64,000 nt of DNA, from assembly GCA_030537735.1 (NCBI GenBank), contig JAUNVG010000001.1:238160-302159 (forward strand), given 5' to 3'. A model generated the notes under the pieces. The model had not been told where the DNA came from. It saw nothing but the letters and a program-made list of their open reading frames with translations, and did not search any database. This DNA is from Actinomycetaceae bacterium. GTDB taxonomy: Bacteria; Actinomycetota; Actinomycetes; Actinomycetales; Actinomycetaceae. The translations under genes were made by a program, and so were the position numbers. Shown here in pieces: positions 29,227 to 37,605 of this stretch (position 1 is its first letter; each line of letters begins with the position of its first letter).

Positions 29227-29289
29227 TGACGCAATAGCGTGAAATACATTAACGGCTACAAAGCCCTAACTAACATTCCAGGAGACACG

Positions 29290-29850
29290 GTGAACAACAC
29301 TGCGAGCGCCTCACAATCAGGCCACCAGGGCATGCTTTTTGGCGATGTCCTTGCCGATCTTGGCCCCGACACCGGCTATCGCGGGAAGGTTGCTTGCCAG
29401 GCGGTCGGCATCACCTACCGGCAGCTAGATTATTGGGCACGAACCGGCCTAGTTGAACCTTCAATCCGCTCGGCGCAGGGTTCTGGAAGTCAAAGGCTGT
29501 ATTCTTTCCGGGACATCTTGGTACTGAAGGTTGTTAAGCGCCTGCTTGACACTGGGGTTTCTTTGCAGCAGATACGCGAAGCTATCCAGCACTTGAAGGA
29601 TCGTGGGGTAGAGGACCTAGCTACCATCACCCTGATGAGCGATGGCGCGTCCGTTTACGAGTGCCGCTCGCGCGATGAAATGATTGACCTCATTGAAGGT
29701 GGCCAGGGCGTTTTCGGCATTGCGGTTGGCCGCGTGTGGCGTGAGGTTGAGGGCTCACTGGCGGAGCTACCCACGGAAGAAGCTGAGGAAATTCCCGTTA
29801 TGGTCGATGAGTTAGCTGCTCGCCGGCGGGCGCGTCGCTACGTTTCTTGA
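29290..29850 (+). CDS. MerR-family regulator (Rv1830-like)
   Basis: Motif GYRGKVACQAVGITYRQLDYWARTGLVEPSIRSAQGSGSQRLYSFRDILVLKVVKRLLDTG. Start set at GTG 29290 behind an AGGAGA Shine-Dalgarno; the ORF track gives 29239. Confidence 0.75.
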   Translation: MNNTASASQSGHQGMLFGDVLADLGPDTGYRGKVACQAVGITYRQLDYWARTGLVEPSIRSAQGSGSQRLYSFRDILVLKVVKRLLDTGVSLQQIREAIQHLKDRGVEDLATITLMSDGASVYECRSRDEMIDLIEGGQGVFGIAVGRVWREVEGSLAELPTEEAEEIPVMVDELAARRRARRYVS

Positions 29851-29864
29851 TCTAGATATTTCAG

Positions 29865-29896
29865 TTTTCGCCCCGGATTACTTTCCGGGGCGAAAA
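29865..29896. terminator. Bidirectional intrinsic terminator
   Basis: TTTTCGCCCCGGA-loop-TCCGGGGCGAAAA between convergent genes. Confidence 0.65.
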
Positions 29897-29936
29897 CTAT
29901 TTGCAGCCTAACCTAGACCCGCGCGGGTGCCTGCCT

Positions 29937-32471
29937 CTAGGTCAGGGCCTGCGCTTTATTTACTGATTCCAGTATCTTAGTGCCACTCATTTGGCGGGCT
30001 TTGGACGCTGCGATCACTGTCAGGATCACCGAGCTTACGCCCCAAAGCAGCAGTCGGAATATGACTGAGGTGAGGGAGATGATCTCTCCACCTAGGACGG
30101 TGTGCGACAGTCCCGAAGACAGGATCGACAGTGGCACCACGCCTTCAATGGCGTGGAAAGCTTCGGGGGCAGTTTCAATCGGGATGACCCCGCCCAGTGA
30201 CACCACTTGTATGACTAGGAATAGCAGTGCCAGTAGGCGACCCAACCGAGCTCCCGCCACCGCCAGCATGGCTTGGTTTACGGCGGCGAAGACCGCTACC
30301 CCTAGGGCCACTAGGAAGGTGGTGGCGATGAGGTTTACCGGTTTGACGCCCATGGCCGTTGCCACCACGATCACGCCTAGCGCTTGTAGCGCACCGATCG
30401 CGAGGGCGGGCCAGAGGGAACGCCACGCTACCTGCCAAGAGGTGTGGGTAGAGGCCAGCAGTCGCCTGCGCAGTCCGGGCATAACCAGGTAGGCCCCGAA
30501 TGCTCCTATCCACAATACGATGGCGGCCGCCCAGGGGAAGACCACGTTCGCTAGTGCGGTGGCCTGGTTTATACGGTCATCTTGTGCGCGCACCGGGATA
30601 GCGCCCATTTTGACGATGCGGGTGCGTTCTGCATCGGTGTATGAGGGCACTTGCTGGGCGCCGTCTTCCAGTTCACTGGCAAAACGGGTGGTTCCTTTGA
30701 TTAGTTCCATTACACCTGCGTCGAGGGCGGATGCTCCTTGCGCTAGGGTGCTGCCACCTTCGGTTAGCTGCCCAGCCCCGTCAGCTGCCTGCGAAATACC
30801 CCCTGCTAACTCATCGGCTCCCGATGAGAGGGCTTGAGTTCCAGCCATTAGTTGGTTGATGCCGGATGCGAGTTGGCGTGATCCTCCAACCAAGGAAGGG
30901 TTAGTTCCGTCTCCGTTCAACGCGGTGTTGACTGTGTTTATGCCGTCTTTGAGCTGGGAGATCCCCTGGGCTAGGCCGGGTGAATCAGGTTTACCGTTTA
31001 CTCCCAGGTTTAGTTCTTGGGCACCTGCGGCCAGTTGATTGGCGCCGTCGCGAAGCTCGGTGAGTTTAGCGTCTATACCTTTTATGCCTCCTGCGGCTTG
31101 CAGCCGGTCGGTGAACTCTTCGATCTGGCGGCTAATGCGCAGCAAGTCATCCTTTAACTGTTCAACTCCCAGATCGCTAAGAGCCTGGTTCAACCGTGCC
31201 AGCACTTGATCTATTTCGGGATTGGAAGTCGGCCATTGCGCTATCACTGATTCCACGGTGGCGATGGCTGCGCGCAGTTGCTGACAGTCCTCAGGGCCGG
31301 TGGCTAAGGCTTCACATTCAGTTAGCGCTGCCTGCAGCTGGGGCAGTAGGCCGACATTATTGGCGTCTCCTTCTAACTGTCCACGCAGGGCCAGCAGTAG
31401 GCCGTTGGAGTCAGCTAGCGCTGCTTCCAATCGTTCAAGATCGGCTTGGATCTGGGCAGTGCTGGGGATCTGCTCTAAGTAGTCTTCGGGCAGGAGTTGT
31501 TCTAGTTCCATCAGGACTTTGGTGACTTTTTGCAAGCTGGTGGTGAGTGTTCCCACGCCTTCGCCTAGCTGGGCGCTTCCTTCAGCCAGGGCTTTAGTGC
31601 CTTCGGCTAGTCCGCCCGGGCCGTTAACTCCGGCGTCGATAGCCGATACCCCGCCTACCAGGCCGGGTTGCTGTTTCGTTCCAGCTACCCCTTGACCCAG
31701 TTGTGCCAGGCCACCTGCTAGCCTGTTTGCCCCGGCTTGTAGTTGTCCTACACCAGAGTTAAGTTCTCCAGCGCCCCCCGCCAGCGCTTGAGCGCCGTCA
31801 CTGGCCTCACCTAATCCGGAGGACAGTTCAGTTAACCCTGATGATAGTTGCCATGCTCCCGACGATAAGGCGGAGGAGCCTTGCCCTAAGCGTTTGGCGC
31901 CGTCATCTAGCTGGGCGGCTCCGTCAGCTGCTTGACCGAGTTGATCTTTCATCTCGTTGAATCCCAGGTATATCTGGTCAAGCATTCTTTCGGTAAATTC
32001 TGACCCCATCGAGTGGGCGGCAGCGTCGGCAATCTGTTGGGAAATCATTCCCATGATTTCGGAAGACGCATCGTTGGAAGTCACTGTTATGAGGGCGGCC
32101 TTAGCGTCTGTAGTGCCAATGGTGACCAGGTTTTCGGAGAATTTTTCCGGGATGGTGATTACCGCTTGGTATTTACCTTCAGCCAGGCCGGTGCGAGCGT
32201 TTTCTTCCTTCACCAAATGCCAGTTAAGGTTGGTGCGCACATCTTCCTTGGGGTACATGAGGCCGGAGGCCAGTTGGCGTCCTAGGGGCACCATTTGTTT
32301 AGTGCCGTTTAGTTCCATTTCCACGCCTTTATCGAGGTTCACGATAGCGGCAGGTATCTGGTCGAAGCGGTCGGTGCGCCCGGAGGTTGACCAAATAGTT
32401 AAGGCTGCGGCAAGGACCGGTAGCAGTAATGTGGCGATAATGGCTCGCCAGTCACGTAGTGATAAGTTCAT
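29937..32471 (-). CDS. YhgE/Pip-domain membrane protein (ABC-2-type C-terminal membrane domain)
   Basis: N-terminal TM helix. About 450-aa extracellular Ala/Gly/Leu/Gln-rich repeat region (motifs such as GAxxLxxG). C-terminal bundle of about 5 TM helices. ATGA overlap with the upstream MMPL gene. Confidence 0.75.
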   Translation of the reverse strand: MNLSLRDWRAIIATLLLPVLAAALTIWSTSGRTDRFDQIPAAIVNLDKGVEMELNGTKQMVPLGRQLASGLMYPKEDVRTNLNWHLVKEENARTGLAEGKYQAVITIPEKFSENLVTIGTTDAKAALITVTSNDASSEIMGMISQQIADAAAHSMGSEFTERMLDQIYLGFNEMKDQLGQAADGAAQLDDGAKRLGQGSSALSSGAWQLSSGLTELSSGLGEASDGAQALAGGAGELNSGVGQLQAGANRLAGGLAQLGQGVAGTKQQPGLVGGVSAIDAGVNGPGGLAEGTKALAEGSAQLGEGVGTLTTSLQKVTKVLMELEQLLPEDYLEQIPSTAQIQADLERLEAALADSNGLLLALRGQLEGDANNVGLLPQLQAALTECEALATGPEDCQQLRAAIATVESVIAQWPTSNPEIDQVLARLNQALSDLGVEQLKDDLLRISRQIEEFTDRLQAAGGIKGIDAKLTELRDGANQLAAGAQELNLGVNGKPDSPGLAQGISQLKDGINTVNTALNGDGTNPSLVGGSRQLASGINQLMAGTQALSSGADELAGGISQAADGAGQLTEGGSTLAQGASALDAGVMELIKGTTRFASELEDGAQQVPSYTDAERTRIVKMGAIPVRAQDDRINQATALANVVFPWAAAIVLWIGAFGAYLVMPGLRRRLLASTHTSWQVAWRSLWPALAIGALQALGVIVVATAMGVKPVNLIATTFLVALGVAVFAAVNQAMLAVAGARLGRLLALLFLVIQVVSLGGVIPIETAPEAFHAIEGVVPLSILSSGLSHTVLGGEIISLTSVIFRLLLWGVSSVILTVIAASKARQMSGTKILESVNKAQALT

Positions 32472-35197
32472 CGGGCTGTCGCCTCCTGCGGTAGAGCTGA
32501 GGGCACAAAATATTCATCCTCAGGGGCGTCGAATTGCCAGCGGCATGCTGGTGTCAAGATTGCGGCGCTGCCGTTTCGCAATTCGCGTTCGATTAGTTCA
32601 GCTTCTTTACGGTTTATGGGCCTATCAATGAGGTATAGCTTTTGCTTGTTTTGCCGTTTTTTCCGTCCGCCAAGGGGTGTGTATGGAAGGTCTGCTCTTT
32701 GTTCCAGTAGGGGAGTGCGGGCTACTACACGGCCGCTTTCATCGGCCGTTGAGGTGTCGAAGACAAATAGGGTGCCTTCATCCAGGCGGGCACGCCCGCC
32801 GAATGCCAGCAGCAGTGCGCGAGTGGCTCCGCGTGCACCATCCAGGCGCAGTATCTGCCCGGGCCGCACCGCGACGGTGGCGTTATCAACTATCTTCGTT
32901 GCCCGGCCACCGATGGTGACCTCATGGGCACGTGCTACCACTTCGCCGTACTGTTTTTGCCAATCTAGATGCCTGAATCTTTCATCCATTCCCATACCTT
33001 CAACGTCAAAGGTAGGCAGCATCCGGTCGAGCCATGGCGGAATGTACCAGGCCCTATCGCCCAGGATTTGCAGCACCGCAGGCACCAGGGTCATGCGCAC
33101 TAAGAAGGCATCTACTGCCACACCGACGGCGAGGCCGAAGGCAATGGGTTGGACGTAGAAGGACCCGCCCGGGATAAAGCCGGAGAACACCGAAATCATG
33201 ATCAGTGCCGCCACCACTACCACGGTGGCTGAGGCGTTGAAACCGGTGTGGATGGATTCGCGGGCTTTACCTGAGTGCACGTAGTCTTCGCGAATGCGTG
33301 AAACTAGGAACACTTCGTAGTCCATCGCCAGGCCAAACAGCACGCCCATAAGAATGATGGGCATGAAGGAGATAACGGGCCCGACCTGGCCGATCAGTAG
33401 CGCATCATTAGCCCAGCCTTTGATGAACACTAGGGTAGTGGTACCAAAGGCCGCTCCCACCGAAAACAGGTAGCCAACGGTGGCTTTTATCGGCACCCAG
33501 AGGGAGCGGAAGACGATGGTGAGCAAAACTAGCGATAGCCCCACAACGATGATCCCGAAAGGCAGTAGGGCTTTAAACAGTTGTTCAGATACGTCGATGG
33601 CTACCGCTGCTGAACCGGTGACCATGGTGTTGGAGATTCCGTAGGTTTGTTCCCATTCGGGGGCGGCATTTCTGAGCGCATGCACGAGGTTTTCGGTGGA
33701 GGCAGCTTCGGGGCCTTCGCGTGGAATTATGGCAACTATCCCCAGGTCGGCTTTCCGGTTAGGAGTCGATAGTTGGATATGGTCCACATCTTTGATCTTG
33801 CTGATGTCATCAGCCAGGTCGTCCATAAGTTTCAGGGGATCTTCAGAGGTAATGATGTCGGTGATTACCAGCAGTGGACCGTTTGCGCCAGCTCCGAAGT
33901 TTTCTTCCACCAGGTCGTAGGTTTGGCGCCCCATGGTGGATTCGTCTTCTACGCCGTTATCTGGCAGTGCCAGGCGCAGGGCATAGGACGGCACTGTCAT
34001 AACCGCCACTAAGGCGGTTACCGCGAGGATCGTTAGCCACGGGTGGGAAGTGGTGACCGACACCCACCAGGCTGCCGGGGTGCGCCGGCGCGGTGCTTTT
34101 TCAGGTTGTTCCTGTAGGTCGGCAGATAGTATTTCTGCTTCCTCTTCGGGGGCGTCAGTTTGCTTCTTGCGTCGCGATTTTTTCGGTTTCGGGCGTAGCC
34201 TGTCACCCAGTACCGCCAGCAGCGCCGGGAGGCCGGTCACCGCGATAAGTGCGGCAATAGCGACGGCGAGTGCAGCGCACATACCCATAACCGACAGGAA
34301 GGGAATGTTGGCAACGATCAGAGCAAGGAGGGCGATCACTACCGTTGTGCCCGCAAATAGTACCGCGCCGCCAGAGGTGGCGATGGCGCGGGGAATGGAT
34401 TCTGCCACTGTGTATCCGTGTCGGAGCTGGTCGCGGTGGCGTGAAACTATGAATAGTGCGTAGTCGATTCCCACAGCCAGCCCCAGCATGATCGCCAGTG
34501 TCGGGGTGGTGGTGGAGATAGGAACGACTGCGGCGATTAGCATTACGATCACCATCGCTATTGCCACTCCGGTGATGGCGGAGATAATAGGTACAGAGGC
34601 GGCAATAAACGATCCGAAGGTGAGTGCCAGTACCACTAGAGCCAAGGCAACGCCGGCGGCTTCCGTGGCAGATAGGGGTACTTCCGTGGTTGACATGATG
34701 TTGCCACCCACGTGTACGTCCAGGCCTGCTTCACTGGCTTCGCTGGCTGTCTTTACGACCTCATCCACCACCTTTTGGTCGATGGAGTCCAGCCCGAATT
34801 CGAACTGTACTTGCCCCAGGGCGTAGCGTTGGTTGTCGGAAACCAGGGGGTCCATGAGGCTATCGTCAAAGGGATTGGAAGAAGTCAGTACGCTTTCAAT
34901 TTCGCCGACCTTCGACATGGTTTCTTCGATGGTTTGCTGGTAGTCGTAGATGTTCTTTCCCTCATCTACGCCGAAGACGATTTGTCCGGAAGTTCCGGAT
35001 AGTTCTTCGAAGCGTTCTTCCAGCACGTCCAGTCCTTCTTGGCCTTCGGTGCCGGGGATAGTGAAGTCGTTCGTGAGTTGCCCACCGACAGTAAACATGG
35101 CAACTACCGTGATTACGAGCATTCCTATCCAGGCAGCGAGGACGGCACGGGCGTGAGAGACCGTGTAGTTGGCTATACGGTAAAGAACAGATGACAC
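32468..35197 (-). CDS. MMPL-family (RND superfamily) transporter with extra C-terminal cytoplasmic domain
   Basis: Two 6-TM blocks, each with a periplasmic domain, and a basic linker KPKKSRRKKQ. The canonical MMPL end is ...WYIPPWLDRMLP, followed by 180 extra aa. Start set at GTG 35197 behind GGAGAA; the ORF track gives 35293. Confidence 0.8.
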   Translation of the reverse strand: MSSVLYRIANYTVSHARAVLAAWIGMLVITVVAMFTVGGQLTNDFTIPGTEGQEGLDVLEERFEELSGTSGQIVFGVDEGKNIYDYQQTIEETMSKVGEIESVLTSSNPFDDSLMDPLVSDNQRYALGQVQFEFGLDSIDQKVVDEVVKTASEASEAGLDVHVGGNIMSTTEVPLSATEAAGVALALVVLALTFGSFIAASVPIISAITGVAIAMVIVMLIAAVVPISTTTPTLAIMLGLAVGIDYALFIVSRHRDQLRHGYTVAESIPRAIATSGGAVLFAGTTVVIALLALIVANIPFLSVMGMCAALAVAIAALIAVTGLPALLAVLGDRLRPKPKKSRRKKQTDAPEEEAEILSADLQEQPEKAPRRRTPAAWWVSVTTSHPWLTILAVTALVAVMTVPSYALRLALPDNGVEDESTMGRQTYDLVEENFGAGANGPLLVITDIITSEDPLKLMDDLADDISKIKDVDHIQLSTPNRKADLGIVAIIPREGPEAASTENLVHALRNAAPEWEQTYGISNTMVTGSAAVAIDVSEQLFKALLPFGIIVVGLSLVLLTIVFRSLWVPIKATVGYLFSVGAAFGTTTLVFIKGWANDALLIGQVGPVISFMPIILMGVLFGLAMDYEVFLVSRIREDYVHSGKARESIHTGFNASATVVVVAALIMISVFSGFIPGGSFYVQPIAFGLAVGVAVDAFLVRMTLVPAVLQILGDRAWYIPPWLDRMLPTFDVEGMGMDERFRHLDWQKQYGEVVARAHEVTIGGRATKIVDNATVAVRPGQILRLDGARGATRALLLAFGGRARLDEGTLFVFDTSTADESGRVVARTPLLEQRADLPYTPLGGRKKRQNKQKLYLIDRPINRKEAELIERELRNGSAAILTPACRWQFDAPEDEYFVPSALPQEATAR

Positions 35198-35217
35198 GAG
35201 TTCTCCATAAACTTCTA

Positions 35218-35271
35218 ATACATAAGCGTATTCGATACTTCTATGTATCGTTCCAATACTATAATGTATCG
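35218..35271. promoter_or_regulatory. Divergent promoter with candidate TetR operator
   Basis: AT-rich island. Imperfect 31-nt palindrome ATACATAagcGTATtcgATACttcTATGTAT (35218-35248). Direct repeat ATGTATCG (35244 and 35264). Perfect TATAAT at 35260-35265, upstream of tetR. Confidence 0.4.
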
Positions 35272-35307
35272 AGGTAACTACAAACCCGTTCAACGAAGAG
35301 AGCCAAG

Positions 35308-35922
35308 ATGGACCTGAGACTTAAACGGCGGCGCGAACACACGCGCGAGCGGATTGTGGCAGCAGCCGCCAAAGTATTTGCCAATAAGGGTGTGGCAGGT
35401 GCAACAGTGGACGACTTGTCACAGGCCGCTGGCTTCACCCGCGGGGCGTTTTATTCGAATTTCGCCACTAAAGAAGAGGTCTTCACCGAAACCCTGACCA
35501 CCTTCACCCAGGAGTTGGTCACCAGGATCTATGACGAGATAGAAATTCTCGATAGGGAAGTGGCCCCCGAAACTGCCATGCGCGCAATCCTGCGAGCCAC
35601 CCGCCCCCAGGGGCAGCTGTGGGTGCTACTGGAAGCAGAAGGTATGCGCCAAGCCCTGGTGAACGATTCTATCCGGGATGTATATCTTAAGAATCGCGAT
35701 TACCTAGCGCGGGCGCTGGTGCACGTGCTGTCCACTTCGGCTACTGATTTTCATCACCAAAGCCTCACCTGGGAGCGCACCGCTGAAGAGTTGCAAAACC
35801 TAGCTGAACTAATCCTTGCAACTTACGCCCAGGTTTTGATGCTAGATCACCTGCAGGGAGAAGACTCCACCGAACGCCTGTTGGATCTACTGCAGACACT
35901 CATTTTTCCCTTGAACGATTAG
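35308..35922 (+). CDS. TetR/AcrR-family transcriptional regulator
   Basis: HTH motif RERIVAAAAKVFANKGVAGATVDDLSQAAGFTRGAFYSNFATKEE. Divergent from the MMPL operon. Confidence 0.85.
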   Translation: MDLRLKRRREHTRERIVAAAAKVFANKGVAGATVDDLSQAAGFTRGAFYSNFATKEEVFTETLTTFTQELVTRIYDEIEILDREVAPETAMRAILRATRPQGQLWVLLEAEGMRQALVNDSIRDVYLKNRDYLARALVHVLSTSATDFHHQSLTWERTAEELQNLAELILATYAQVLMLDHLQGEDSTERLLDLLQTLIFPLND

Positions 35923-35994
35923 GCAGGCTAAGACCTAGGGATGCGCCCCAGCAGCTAAGTACAAGCAAACCGTCCCGGCGGAAACAGCCGCGCC

Positions 35995-36103
35995 AACCGT
36001 TCCAACGCAAGAGCTCACCCAAATCGTCGCAGCAGCGAAGTGCGCATAAACCGTTCCAACGCAAGAGCTCACCCAAACCGTTCCATCGGCGGAGTGTGCG
36101 CGG
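35995..36103. repeat. Intergenic tandem repeat, 2 x about 54 bp (29-bp perfect core)
   Basis: AACCGTTCCAACGCAAGAGCTCACCCAAA occurs at 35995-36023 and 36049-36077. Partial AAACCGT(T/C)CC copies occur at 35967 and 36075. Confidence 0.85.
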
Positions 36104-36227
36104 TTGACACCAGCAGAAAAGTCCGCGTGGGCCGCCAGCACAAAAGCACGCCTGGGCCGCCAGGCGGGGAAGTGACCGCAAATCGCTAACCTTGCCCGCG
36201 GTGGCGAATCACCTCCCCGTATCTGAC

Positions 36228-36241
36228 ATAATGTACATTAT
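36228..36241. promoter_or_regulatory. Perfect 14-bp palindrome ATAATGTACATTAT upstream of rbpA (possible operator)
   Basis: The self-complementary sequence is seen directly. A TATAGT -10-like hexamer lies about 10 nt downstream. A regulatory role is inferred only. Confidence 0.3.
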
Positions 36242-36403
36242 CGGAACGTAGTATAGTTTTGGCATGAAACTCGAAGCCCAGCATTTGCGCAAGAACACAC
36301 AGTTTGTACGCCACCGGCAAGCTTTTGCAGCCAGTGCCACAATAACCCCTGCAGGTAAACTTGCACCGACACACAACGACCAACTTAAAGGATGTGATTC
36401 GCC

Positions 36404-36763
36404 GTGGCCGATCGCGCTTTACGTGGCATGCAGATTGGATCTAAGTCCCTCGAAACCGAAGACGGCATCGTTTTTGCTGAGCGCACTCAGCGTTACTACC
36501 AATGCGAAAACGGACACGACTTTTCGGTGTCGATGGCAGTTGACGCCGACGCTCCCGCAACCTGGGAATGTCGCTGTGGCGCCGCTGCCGAATACCTAGG
36601 CACCGCTGAGCCCGAAGAAACTAAACCCGCCAAACCCGTGCGCACCCACTGGGACATGCTTTTAGAACGTCGCAGCGAAGAAGAATTAGAAGTTCTGCTG
36701 GAAGAACAACTCGAAGTGCTTCGTCGCGGCGAGCTACGCGACGGCGTTGCCTACCAGCGCTAA
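36404..36763 (+). CDS. rbpA: RNA polymerase-binding protein RbpA
   Basis: Motifs MADRALRG..., the Cys/His zinc-ribbon-like core, and RTHWDMLLERRSEEELEVLLEE, nearly identical to the RbpA sigma-interaction region. GTG start behind AAAGGA. Confidence 0.9.
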   Translation: MADRALRGMQIGSKSLETEDGIVFAERTQRYYQCENGHDFSVSMAVDADAPATWECRCGAAAEYLGTAEPEETKPAKPVRTHWDMLLERRSEEELEVLLEEQLEVLRRGELRDGVAYQR

Positions 36764-36780
36764 CATAAGCCAACAAACAG

Positions 36781-36816
36781 GTTTGGGGACAAAATCTATT
36801 GATTTTGCCCCCAAAC
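36781..36816. terminator. Bidirectional terminator hairpin between rbpA and ppm1
   Basis: GTTTGGGGACAAAATC-tatt-GATTTTGCCCCCAAAC. Confidence 0.6.
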
Positions 36817-36818
36817 TA

Positions 36819-37586
36819 TTACTCCCCCGTAGCTCCACAAAGAATTGACTTTACCTTTTCTTTACGTTGCCAGAGTCCCCATTTAGTGACATTAATCAGT
36901 TCCTCTTTAATAATGTCCCCATCCATCTTGGACTCCCCTGCTCGTCGCTCCAGGAACACAATCGGAACTTCCACAATGCGAGCCCCGCGCCGCGCCGCAC
37001 GCCAGGTCATCTCTACTTGGAAACCATAGCCTCGTGACTGTACTTCCCCACTGTCGACTAACTCGCGCAAAATGGGATGGCGGTAAACCCGAAATCCGGC
37101 AGTGGCATCGGCCACCCCCAAACGTAACAGGGCTTGGATGTAGGCGTTACCTAAGCGAGATAGCGCAATACGATGGGCACCCCAACCTTGAGTGCCACCG
37201 TTTGGAACCCAACGCGATCCAATCACTAAATCAGGCTTATCACTTTGCTGCGCCCGCTCGATTAGCCGAGTTAAATCCACCACCCGGTGCGAGCCATCAG
37301 CATCCATTTGGATGAAATACTCGTATCCGCGTTCAAGCCCCCAGGCGAAACCATCCAAGTAGGCACTAGCCAAACCAGACTTGGCTGGCCGCTGCATCAA
37401 ATGGATCTGATCATTGGCTCTTTTCTCCACCCATTGGCCGGTGCCGTCGGGGCTGGAATCATCCACCACCAGCACATGCACCTGCGGAAGGTGGGTGAAC
37501 AGGGCTCCCAGTAAACCAGGCAAATTCTGTAGCTCGTTATAAGTGGGGATAACTACCAAAGTGGGGACCGAAATATTCATGGTCAT
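36819..37586 (-). CDS. ppm1: Polyprenol-phosphate mannose synthase (GT2), Ppm1 catalytic subunit
   Basis: Motifs VVIPTYNE, VVDDSSPDGT and MDADGSH. Convergent with rbpA and downstream of lnt, as in mycobacteria and corynebacteria. Start set at ATG 37586. Confidence 0.8.
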   Translation of the reverse strand: MTMNISVPTLVVIPTYNELQNLPGLLGALFTHLPQVHVLVVDDSSPDGTGQWVEKRANDQIHLMQRPAKSGLASAYLDGFAWGLERGYEYFIQMDADGSHRVVDLTRLIERAQQSDKPDLVIGSRWVPNGGTQGWGAHRIALSRLGNAYIQALLRLGVADATAGFRVYRHPILRELVDSGEVQSRGYGFQVEMTWRAARRGARIVEVPIVFLERRAGESKMDGDIIKEELINVTKWGLWQRKEKVKSILCGATGE

Positions 37587-37605
37587 AGTATATCCACGCG
37601 CTGAC

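Noticed and set aside
35966-36163. Possible CRISPR-like array because of the regularly spaced direct repeats.
   Set aside because: Only two full copies are present, and the spacers are themselves similar to each other. There are no cas genes in the window. It is better described as a tandem duplication.
35900-36181. 93-aa minus-strand ORF with repeated GELLRWNG peptide.
   Set aside because: Its periodicity is just the translation of the 54-bp DNA tandem repeat. It has no Shine-Dalgarno sequence or homology and overlaps the tetR stop region.
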